In this document: in pieces, positions 46,424 to 54,344 of the stretch
How positions within the stretch are numbered: the stretch's first letter is position 1
Layout: the number at the start of each line of letters is the position of its first letter
Virus record (IMG/VR): IMGVR_UViG_3300036790_000178
Coordinates: 8,343-72,342 of that record
Length of the DNA: 64,000 bases
Reading direction: 5' to 3' (one strand)
From: a virus
Notes under the pieces: generated by a model
What the model was told of the DNA's origin: nothing
Database searches by the model: none
Seen by the model: only the letters and a program-made list of their open reading frames with translations
Made by a program: the position numbers and the translations under genes

Positions 46424-46551
46424 ACGACTACACCGACGACGACTATCACCCCGAAGTTGTCGGCGCCTTCGTCGGCGTCGTGCTGCTCGCGGGCGCGCTC
46501 GGTGCCGCCATCACCGTCCTCGTGCTCTGCGCGCGGTTCCTCGGAGCCTGA
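46420..46551 (+). CDS. Small single-TM protein
   Basis: ATGA overlap; long hydrophobic stretch. Confidence 0.5.
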   Translation: MNDYTDDDYHPEVVGAFVGVVLLAGALGAAITVLVLCARFLGA

Positions 46552-46552
46552 C

Positions 46553-46942
46553 ATGCCAACCAGTCCCGAAGCCGGCGCCTATCGGCACATGATCGCCCAC
46601 ATCTGCGACCAGGAGCCTCGCCTCGGTTGGTTGCGCGCCGAGGAGCTGCCCGAACTCACCACCGATGACGTCGCGCTGATCTGCCGCATGCGCGAAGACG
46701 AGGTCACGGAGTACATGACCGAGCACGTCGGCTTCGAGCGTTCCATCCGCATGACGGGCGCGACGGGCATGCTCATCGTGCCGTCCGAAGAGGCGCTGCG
46801 CTCGATGCTGCGCACGGCCTGCCAGCACGCGATCTTCGATGACGTCCAGACTGAATGTACGCGCCGTGACGATCCGGATGATGGCCCGCTCGACTCTCAG
46901 GTGGCGTTGCTCGAATGCTGCCCGTCGGGGTTGTTGTCATGA
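46553..46942 (+). CDS. Hypothetical protein
   Basis: GGAG SD; part of the coupled gene chain. Confidence 0.55.
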   Translation: MPTSPEAGAYRHMIAHICDQEPRLGWLRAEELPELTTDDVALICRMREDEVTEYMTEHVGFERSIRMTGATGMLIVPSEEALRSMLRTACQHAIFDDVQTECTRRDDPDDGPLDSQVALLECCPSGLLS

Positions 46943-47241
46943 GCGCGCCGCATACGCCGGGGCCGTGGGAGCCAAAGCGGATAGACCGCCATCACTGGGT
47001 AATTGGCGATGGGGTCGCGCGTACACAGGTTCCCCCAGAAGGCGGCGAGGAAATGATCGAGGCCAATGCTCGCCTGATAGCCGCCGCTCCCGACCTTCTG
47101 GAACTCGCCCACCAGATGGCGCGGGAATGCTGCGACTGCAATTACGGCGGGGGTGCGACGGGCCTCGGCTCTGAAGGCGCGCCGTGCGAATCGTGCGGCC
47201 ACATCCGCGCGCTCATCGAGAAGGCCGAGGGTCGGGCATGA
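46939..47241 (+). CDS. Phage small protein of the HTPGPW...ANARLIAAAPDLLE family
   Basis: Both hallmark motifs present. Confidence 0.8.
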   Translation: MSAPHTPGPWEPKRIDRHHWVIGDGVARTQVPPEGGEEMIEANARLIAAAPDLLELAHQMARECCDCNYGGGATGLGSEGAPCESCGHIRALIEKAEGRA

Positions 47242-47416
47242 GACGTTTGCCGCCCGACCAGTTGTTTCGAATCGGCCGCGAGGGCCTCGAAGACATCAGC
47301 GACGCCACTCTCGAAGTGAGAGTCACGGAAAGCGAGCGAGCTACTTTGCGCCGGCAGGCCGACGAAGGCTACCAAGCCGCAACTGTCGACGAAATGCTTC
47401 AACTTCCGGAGTCCAC

Positions 47417-48001
47417 ATGAACGAGTTCAAAGACGGCTGGATTGAGGACGAGAACGGCAACCGCTGTTCCGTCGACTATTTTGGCTCCGAGGAGGCGGCG
47501 CGCGAGGCGCTGGCATCGCTCAAGAATTGCAAGCGATGTATCAACTGCTCGGGCTGCTCGGACTGCTCGGACTGCTCGGGCTGCTCGGGCTGCTCGGACT
47601 GCTCGGGCTGCTCGCGCTGCTCGCATACCGCCTTTCTCTACGATAAGAAAGACCTGCATGCGGACCCGGCGGCGGCCGTCCGCGGCTCGCCGCCCATACC
47701 ACGCATCGAGAGCATTCACCAGGCGGTATACGCCGCGGTATCACAACCCAACGCGCTGGACATGGGTTCGTGGCATGTATGCGATACGACGCACTGCCGC
47801 GCGGGATGGGTGATCGCACTGGCGGGCGAGGCCGGAAAGGCGCTAGAGGACTTCCACAACACTCCTTTGGCGGCGCAACTGATCTATCGAGAGAGCGGCT
47901 ACGAAATCAACCCGTGCCGGTTCTACGACACGAACGAGGCGGCCATGGAGGATATGCGGCGCCTGGCGGATGGGAGCGCGATGCCCGAGGCCCAGCCATG
48001 A
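47417..48001 (+). CDS. Cys-repeat (CSx)n protein with phage C-terminal 'MGSWH-CDTTHCRAGW' domain
   Basis: CKRCINCSGCSDCSDCSGCSGCSDCSGCSRCSH; LDMGSWHVCDTTHCRAGWVIALAG. Confidence 0.75.
   Translation: MNEFKDGWIEDENGNRCSVDYFGSEEAAREALASLKNCKRCINCSGCSDCSDCSGCSGCSDCSGCSRCSHTAFLYDKKDLHADPAAAVRGSPPIPRIESIHQAVYAAVSQPNALDMGSWHVCDTTHCRAGWVIALAGEAGKALEDFHNTPLAAQLIYRESGYEINPCRFYDTNEAAMEDMRRLADGSAMPEAQP
47546..47626 (+). repeat. 9-bp tandem repeat TGCTCGnnn, nine units
   Basis: Nine consecutive units, mostly TGCTCGGGC or TGCTCGGAC. Confidence 0.95.
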
Positions 48002-48324
48002 CCGAATGCGCCGACTCCTTGAGCAAGCAGCACGACTTCGAGACGCGCCCCGATTGGATGGGCGATCCGAGCATCCCCAACGGCACGACGAGCTGGGATG
48101 TGAAGCGCTGCCGTCACTGCGGGCACGAGCAGATCCAGTGCGATTGCGGTGCCTGGTTCGATCCGGTGGGCGATGACGGCGAGGATCTCACGCGCTGTGC
48201 CAACTGCGAGCAGAACCGGGCCGAGGCCGAGTATGACCGCCAGCAGGAGGAAGGATTTCGGGGCGGCGAATGGGCGGCAGCGCAGGCCGCTGAGCAGGAT
48301 CGGATCCGGAGGGAGCTGAAATGA
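47998..48324 (+). CDS. Hypothetical Zn-ribbon protein
   Basis: CRHC, CDC and CANC motifs; ATGA overlaps. Confidence 0.6.
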   Translation: MTECADSLSKQHDFETRPDWMGDPSIPNGTTSWDVKRCRHCGHEQIQCDCGAWFDPVGDDGEDLTRCANCEQNRAEAEYDRQQEEGFRGGEWAAAQAAEQDRIRRELK

Positions 48325-49088
48325 GCCCAGCGCCTGCAAAGTTAGCTGGGCGACGTTTCAACAAGCTCACGGCAATTGAGTTCGTTGGCCGACGAGAGCC
48401 ATCGAACGGCAACCGCATCTGGCGCTTTCGATGCGACTGCGGGAAAGAAATAGAAACCATAGCGACAAGGGTGGTTAGGGGACTCCGCATATCTTGCGGC
48501 TGCGCAAACAACCATGCCCATACCACAGAGCACCGCGCCAACATAAGCCGTGGTCTCAAAAAATATAATGACAAGCATCCAGAGGCTCCGAATTCGGCGC
48601 GGAGAAAGAAGATAAGCGATGCCGTGAAGAAGGCTTACGGTGAAGGGCGACTATCAAAAGATATTTCGCTCAGGAACCTCTCAAGAGCGCGTCAGAAGCT
48701 AAAAGCTAATCCGGAACTTTTGGCATTAGGCGGACAGCGCGGCGGTTCAGCGAAACGCGGACTCCCGCAGCGCAAGGGATCGCTAAACGAAATGGGGCCG
48801 CTCAACCATAACGGAAAACGCTACGGGCTGATCTCTCCGGACGGGGTCAGATATCACGCGCTCAACTTGAATGACTTTATCCGGACACACCATCACCTGT
48901 TTGACCCTCGCGACGTTGACTGGAAGATTCTTCCGAAACATCCCGCGAAGGGGCTGTATTGCAGGGCACAAGGTGGGCTGCGGTCGCTGTTTGTGAGCAA
49001 TCCTGAGAAGCAAAACAGTGCTTGGAAGAATTGGCAAGCGTTTTATGGTCCTAACATCGTGCGGCGCAAACCGGAGGGCTCGCAATGA
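48321..49088 (+). CDS. Homing-endonuclease-associated DNA-binding protein (CDCG...SCGC plus NUMOD-like modules)
   Basis: GRRFNKLT...WRFRCDCG...SCGC; HTTEHRANIS; LISPDG.....NLNDFIR; low GC. Confidence 0.7.
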   Translation: MSPAPAKLAGRRFNKLTAIEFVGRREPSNGNRIWRFRCDCGKEIETIATRVVRGLRISCGCANNHAHTTEHRANISRGLKKYNDKHPEAPNSARRKKISDAVKKAYGEGRLSKDISLRNLSRARQKLKANPELLALGGQRGGSAKRGLPQRKGSLNEMGPLNHNGKRYGLISPDGVRYHALNLNDFIRTHHHLFDPRDVDWKILPKHPAKGLYCRAQGGLRSLFVSNPEKQNSAWKNWQAFYGPNIVRRKPEGSQ

Positions 49089-49327
49089 TTTCGACCTGGT
49101 GGGCCAGCCTCTCCTGGTCTCACGCCACATTTGTGCTCGTCGCGATCCTGCTCGCGATCGTCGTGCTCTGGTACGCGTTCGCCTCGCTCATCGAGTCGGC
49201 GACGAACGACCCGCGGCCGCGCGCGTACCCGCTCGCCGACTACTCCGCCGCATATCAGCGGCAACGGGACTGGCTCGGTGACAGATGGCTCCTGGCTCGG
49301 CCGGTCAACCGGAGGTTGGCGCGATGA
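49085..49327 (+). CDS. Small membrane protein
   Basis: One TM segment; ends WLGDRWLLARPV. Confidence 0.6.
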   Translation: MISTWWASLSWSHATFVLVAILLAIVVLWYAFASLIESATNDPRPRAYPLADYSAAYQRQRDWLGDRWLLARPVNRRLAR

Positions 49328-50214
49328 GTCTCACGACAGAACAGGTCGCGGCGCGCGCCAACGGTATTGGCGGGAGCGACGCCGCCGCCGCCCTCGGCCT
49401 CTCCAAGCGCAAGACGGTGCGTCAGCTCTATCACGAGAAGCGGGGGGAAATTCCACCCGATGTCTTCGACGCCGAAGTTATCTGGTGGGGCAATGCGCTC
49501 GAGCCGGTTGTGCGGCAGAAGTACGCCGAGAAAACCGGGCATACCGTGCTGCTGCCGAAAGAGACGCTCTGGCATCCGGCGCACGCCTTCATGTGTGCGC
49601 ACATCGACGGCTACGTCGACGCTCCGCGCCGCGGATACGAGGGTAAGACCGCATTCCTCTCAACCGGCTGGGGCGAGGAAGGCACAGACCAGGTTCCTTC
49701 TGACTGTCTGATGCAGGTCCACCATTACATGATCGTCACGGACCTGCCCGTGTTCGACGTCGCGTGCCTCATCGGGCGCCGGTTTGCCTATTACGAAGTG
49801 CCGGCTGATCCCGAACTCCATCAGATGATCATCGAGGGCGAGCGAGAGTTCGCCCGGCGCGTGAAGGATGGCGATCCGCCGCCGCTCGATTACGAGCATC
49901 CGACCGCGCTCGATGTCATGAAGAGGTTGCACCGCGGCACGAACGGCGTGCGCCTCATCGCGTCCGAGGGAGCCTGCGGGTGGCGTCGCAAGATCGAGCG
50001 CGCGCAGCGCATCGAGAAAGCGGCGAAGGCCCGCATCGATGCCTACAAGAGCCGGCTCCTCGAGGAGATGGGAGATGCCGCGCTCCTCGCCTTCCCCGAC
50101 GGCAAATGTTACCGCCGCCAGGTCACCCCGCGCGCCGCCTACTCCGTCGATGCGACCGAGTATGTAGACGCCAGGTTCATCAACGATCCGCTGATCAAAG
50201 GTAAAAAGCGATGA
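49324..50214 (+). CDS. YqaJ/lambda-exonuclease-family recombinase nuclease
   Basis: GIGGSDAAA, WGNALEP, AHIDG, EGKT and QVHHYM motifs. Confidence 0.9.
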   Translation: MSLTTEQVAARANGIGGSDAAAALGLSKRKTVRQLYHEKRGEIPPDVFDAEVIWWGNALEPVVRQKYAEKTGHTVLLPKETLWHPAHAFMCAHIDGYVDAPRRGYEGKTAFLSTGWGEEGTDQVPSDCLMQVHHYMIVTDLPVFDVACLIGRRFAYYEVPADPELHQMIIEGEREFARRVKDGDPPPLDYEHPTALDVMKRLHRGTNGVRLIASEGACGWRRKIERAQRIEKAAKARIDAYKSRLLEEMGDAALLAFPDGKCYRRQVTPRAAYSVDATEYVDARFINDPLIKGKKR

Positions 50215-51290
50215 GTACCGTACCCGAGAAGGCTCTCAATCCGTTCGGCAGCGTCGCTGTCGTCGCCTCGCCAACCGGTGGAGGCGCCTCCGCCGCTGCT
50301 CTCGCTTCCCGCGAAGCGCAGGACATCATGATGCAGATGATGTGCGCGAGACAGTTCCCGCGAGATCCCATCCGTGCGACCGACCGCGCGCTCAATGCCT
50401 TCACACGCCCGGAACTCTGCGAGGAGGCGATGTACGCCTACAGTCGCGGCGGGTCTGACGTGTCGGGCCTTTCCATCCGTGCGGCGGAAGTGCTGGCACA
50501 GTGCTGGGGCAACATTCGCACCGGCGTCGCCGAGTTGGTCCGCGGCGCCGGCCAGTCGGAGCTGCTTTCCTTTGCCCAGGATCTCGAGACGGGCTTCTCC
50601 GATGAGAAGCGCTTCTTCGTGCAGCACTGGCGCGATACGAAGCAGGGCGGCAAGGCGGTCACCGGGGAGCGCGACGTCTACGAACTCGGCGCCAACATGG
50701 GCGCGCGCCGCAAACGTGCCTGCATCCTCGCCGTGATCCCGAAGGACGTACAGGCGGCGTGCGAGCGGCAGATCGAGATCACCCTGAAGCAAAAGGCCGA
50801 AGTCACGCCAGACTCGATCAAGGCATTGCTACAGGCCTTCGAGAAATACGGCGTCACGAAAGAGCAGATCGAGAAGCGCATTCAGCGCCATATCGACGCA
50901 ATGCTACCCGCGCAGCTCGTGCAGATGCGCCGCATCTTCGCCTCGCTCAAGGACGGCATGAGCAGTGCCGAGGAATGGTTCGAGATGGGCGCCGCTCCGG
51001 CGCCTGAGCAGGCATCGACGTCGCAGACCGAGGCGGCGAAGCAGGCGCTCAAGGGCAAGCAGCCGAAAACTCAAGCATCCAAGGACGAAGGCAACATTCC
51101 GCACTTCGACGATGCGACGGCCGAAGCGGAACTCAAGAAACACCAGACCTCGGCAGCGCACGACAAAGCATGGAACGAGATCCTGAAGGATTACGAGGCC
51201 ACGAACCGCAAGCTCCCGGATGGTTTGGAGCCGCTCTATAAGGATCGCCTCGAGGCGCTCAAGGAAAAAGAGAGCAAAAAGGATCTCTGA
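50211..51290 (+). CDS. Putative single-strand annealing protein
   Basis: ARQFPRD, YSRGG..VSGLSIRAAE.LAQCWGNI and RACILAVIP motifs; coupled to YqaJ. Confidence 0.65.
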   Translation: MSTVPEKALNPFGSVAVVASPTGGGASAAALASREAQDIMMQMMCARQFPRDPIRATDRALNAFTRPELCEEAMYAYSRGGSDVSGLSIRAAEVLAQCWGNIRTGVAELVRGAGQSELLSFAQDLETGFSDEKRFFVQHWRDTKQGGKAVTGERDVYELGANMGARRKRACILAVIPKDVQAACERQIEITLKQKAEVTPDSIKALLQAFEKYGVTKEQIEKRIQRHIDAMLPAQLVQMRRIFASLKDGMSSAEEWFEMGAAPAPEQASTSQTEAAKQALKGKQPKTQASKDEGNIPHFDDATAEAELKKHQTSAAHDKAWNEILKDYEATNRKLPDGLEPLYKDRLEALKEKESKKDL

Positions 51291-51402
51291 CACGAACCGG
51301 CGCGCCGGCGCCTGACTGTCCCGATCGGTCCTTTGTAGGGTTGACTAGATCGGGTGAGGCGTCGGCGGCCTTTCCTCTCCATCTCATCAGGACAAACGCA
51401 AA

Positions 51403-52845
51403 ATGACACGCCTGCACGAGCTCGAAGTCGAGGGCTTTAAAAAGATCCGGGTCGTCCGGTTTCAGCTGCGCAAGGGGATCACCGAAATCTCCGGGCGCAA
51501 CGGGGCCGGCAAGAGCAGCATCCTCGATTCGATTGCCGTCTGGCTCGACGGCATGAAGGTCGCCCCCGAGAAGCCGATCCGCACCGGCTGCGAGCGGGCG
51601 CGAATCCGCGGCCGACTGGGGGAGATGATCGTCTCTCGCGAGATCCGCCAGGGCAAAAACGGCAAGTACACGACCTCGATTACGTTCCAGCCAGTCGAGG
51701 GCAAGCCTTATCCGGCCACGCAACGACAGCTCGAGGACCTGATCGGCGCTCACCATCTCGATCCGCTCGATTTTCTGACGCTCGACAAGAGAGGCAAGTG
51801 GGACGCTCTCAAGGCCTTCGTCCCCGGCTTCGACTTCCAGCGCTGCGCGAACGATCAGGCAGCCGACTTCGCCCGACGCACCGATGTCAATCGCATTGCG
51901 AAGGAGGCGCGCGCCGCGGCGAGCCTGATCCTCGTGCCCGAGGGCACGCCCGAAGAGCCGGTCGACGAGCAGGCCCTGGTTCAGCAGCTGCAGGCCGCCG
52001 GCGATGCGAACGCGGAACTCGAGGCACGCAAGGGTCGGCGCGAGCAAGCAGTGCGAGACGTCGCGGCGCTCCGCCAGAAGGCGGCGGACGCGCTCAATGA
52101 GATTGAGCCGACGGTCGGTCATATCCAGATTCGCACGGCCGACCAGGTCGGAGAGATCGATCGGCGTATCCGCGAACTCGAACAGCAGATCGCGTCGCTG
52201 AGGGAGCGCTCGAATAGTCTCCAGGCCGAGGCGTTGGAGGAGATCAAAGCCGAGGAGCAGCGGCTTCGGGAGACCTCGGCTGCCCATGCCGCTGCGGCCG
52301 ACGCGCTGCAGAAGCGGCTGGATGAGGCTCCGGAGCTGCCGGCGCCGGTCGATACCGTGGCGCTCGCTCAGAGGATCGAGGCCGCGCGCCTGGTCAACCA
52401 GGCCGTCACCCGTGCGCAGGAACGCGTAAAGCACGCCGCAACAGCCGAGAAGTACGAGGCCGAGAGCGAGCAGCTCACCGAGCAGATGAAGGCGCGCGAG
52501 GCCGCGAAGCGCAACGCCATCGCGAGCGCGAAGCTCCCGATCCCCGGCATCGACTTCGGCGACGGGGAGATCCTCTACCAGGGCGAGCCGCTCGAGCAGG
52601 CCTCTACCGCGCAGAAATTCCGCGTCGCGATCGCGCGGATCGTCGCGTTGAATCCAGAGTTGCGACTCGCCTGGATCCGGGACGCGTCGCTTCTCGATGA
52701 TGAGTCGTATCAGGAGCTCGCGAAGCTCGCCGAGGAATTCGACGTAGACATCCTGCTGGAGACGGTCAGGCCGATCGGTGGAGATGCCGTAGTCCTTGAG
52801 GACGGGCGCATCAAGGCCGAGGGCGCCGCGGAGAGCGCGGCATGA
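51403..52845 (+). CDS. SMC/Rad50-like AAA ATPase
   Basis: GRNGAGKSS Walker A; long coiled coil; QASTAQ signature; IRDASLLD. Confidence 0.85.
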   Translation: MTRLHELEVEGFKKIRVVRFQLRKGITEISGRNGAGKSSILDSIAVWLDGMKVAPEKPIRTGCERARIRGRLGEMIVSREIRQGKNGKYTTSITFQPVEGKPYPATQRQLEDLIGAHHLDPLDFLTLDKRGKWDALKAFVPGFDFQRCANDQAADFARRTDVNRIAKEARAAASLILVPEGTPEEPVDEQALVQQLQAAGDANAELEARKGRREQAVRDVAALRQKAADALNEIEPTVGHIQIRTADQVGEIDRRIRELEQQIASLRERSNSLQAEALEEIKAEEQRLRETSAAHAAAADALQKRLDEAPELPAPVDTVALAQRIEAARLVNQAVTRAQERVKHAATAEKYEAESEQLTEQMKAREAAKRNAIASAKLPIPGIDFGDGEILYQGEPLEQASTAQKFRVAIARIVALNPELRLAWIRDASLLDDESYQELAKLAEEFDVDILLETVRPIGGDAVVLEDGRIKAEGAAESAA

Positions 52846-53594
52846 CTGTGCTCATCCTTGACACAGAGGCGACCGACAAAGAGCCCGGCCGCGAGCTGAT
52901 CGAAGCCGCCTGGGTCTCGATACGACCTGTCGAGGATCTCGGCGGCGTCAATCCCGACATCATCGCGGTGCCGATCGTCCTCGACGGCGAGTTCTGCCAG
53001 CGCTACAAGCCGCAGCAGCCCTCGAAATTCGGCGCCCTGGCCGTTCATCACATCCTGCCCGAGGAGTTGGAATACATGCCGCCGGCGAGTTCGTTCGAGC
53101 TTCCCGCGGGCGTCACCTACCTGATCGGCCACTCAATCGATTCGGATTGGGAGACGATCGGCAAGCCCGACATCAAGCGGATCTGCACGCTCGCAATGGC
53201 GCGATCGCTCTGGCCGAAGGCCGACAGCCACTCGCAAAGCGCGATGCTCTACATGTTGAACGGGGCGACGGTCGAGACGCGCCGCATGTTGAAGGACGCG
53301 CACAGCGCCGCGGCGGATGTCCGCAATAACCTGATCCTGCTCGAATACATCCTCGCCGCGAAGCCTGAGATCCGCACCTGGTCGGCGCTCTGGGCGTTCA
53401 GCGAGGAAGCGCGCATCCCGACCGTCATGTTCATGGGGCGCAACAAGGGCGAGCCGATATCGAGCCTCGATAGCGGGGAAGCTCGCTGGTACCTAGAACG
53501 TGATTTTATAGACGAGTATCAGCGCAAGGCGCTCACCCGTGAGTTAGATAGAAGGCGCTCGGAATCATTTGCAGAGGACGTCGACTGTGCGTGA
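52842..53594 (+). CDS. DEDDh 3'-5' exonuclease (ExoX-like)
   Basis: LDTEAT, GHSIDSD and AHSAAADV motifs; C-terminal MFMGRNKGE. Confidence 0.85.
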   Translation: MTVLILDTEATDKEPGRELIEAAWVSIRPVEDLGGVNPDIIAVPIVLDGEFCQRYKPQQPSKFGALAVHHILPEELEYMPPASSFELPAGVTYLIGHSIDSDWETIGKPDIKRICTLAMARSLWPKADSHSQSAMLYMLNGATVETRRMLKDAHSAAADVRNNLILLEYILAAKPEIRTWSALWAFSEEARIPTVMFMGRNKGEPISSLDSGEARWYLERDFIDEYQRKALTRELDRRRSESFAEDVDCA

Positions 53595-54123
53595 GACCTG
53601 GCGGCCGATCATTGGATTTGAAGGGCTCTATGAGGTGTCCGATCTGGGGCGCCTCAGAAGTCTGGACAAATTCATCAAGAGTTCAAACGGTGGCGTTCAG
53701 CTTTGCCGCGGCAGGGTGCTGAAATTGCAGCACAGGGGCAGATATCCGCATATCACCCTCCACCGTGGGCGCGAGTACAAAAATACCCATGTCCATACCG
53801 CGGTGCTGGAGGCGTTTATCGGTCCGCGTCCTCCCGGGATGGAGGCATGCCACGGACCAGATCCGAACCCGGATAATTGCGCGCTCTCGAACCTCCGCTG
53901 GGACACCAAGAGCAACAATCAGAAAGACCGGCTCACGCAAGGAGGCAGAGATTACCGAGGTTCAAAACATCCCGGTTCGCTGCTGACTGACGTGGACGTG
54001 GAACGAATGCGGGACCTGCATCGAACCGGCCTTCGAGCAAAAGCGATCAGCAAGTGGCTGGGCACGAGAAATTCCAACACGTGGCTGATCATCAAAGGCA
54101 AAGCATGGAGGCATGTCCTGTGA
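53587..54123 (+). CDS. NUMOD4-HNH homing endonuclease
   Basis: ETWRPIIGFEGLYEVSDLGRLRS; VH..VLEAFIGPRP...ACH.......N....NLRWDT..N. Confidence 0.9.
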   Translation: MRETWRPIIGFEGLYEVSDLGRLRSLDKFIKSSNGGVQLCRGRVLKLQHRGRYPHITLHRGREYKNTHVHTAVLEAFIGPRPPGMEACHGPDPNPDNCALSNLRWDTKSNNQKDRLTQGGRDYRGSKHPGSLLTDVDVERMRDLHRTGLRAKAISKWLGTRNSNTWLIIKGKAWRHVL

Positions 54124-54344
54124 ACGCAGTCCTTCGCCGCACCCGAACCGCAGCCGTGACGCAACGTCGCATCAACCGGTTCCTGCGCCGCAAATGCTAC
54201 GGCCATGTGAGCGGCTCTCTCGTGCAGTGCGACTGCTGCCCGAAGTTTGAGCGGATCGGAGAGTTGTCGGAGCGCGGATGGTGCGGGAAGTGTGAGCGGG
54301 AGTTCGGGTGCGTCGTGCGTGCGTTACGAGGTCGCGCAGCATGA
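54120..54344 (+). CDS. Small Cys-rich protein
   Basis: GTGA and ATGA overlaps; CDCC and CGKC motifs. Confidence 0.5.
   Translation: MNAVLRRTRTAAVTQRRINRFLRRKCYGHVSGSLVQCDCCPKFERIGELSERGWCGKCEREFGCVVRALRGRAA

Noticed and set aside
47546-47626. Tandem repeat considered as CRISPR or DGR-related
   Set aside because: Spacerless in-frame 9-mers. No cas gene or reverse transcriptase is visible in the window.
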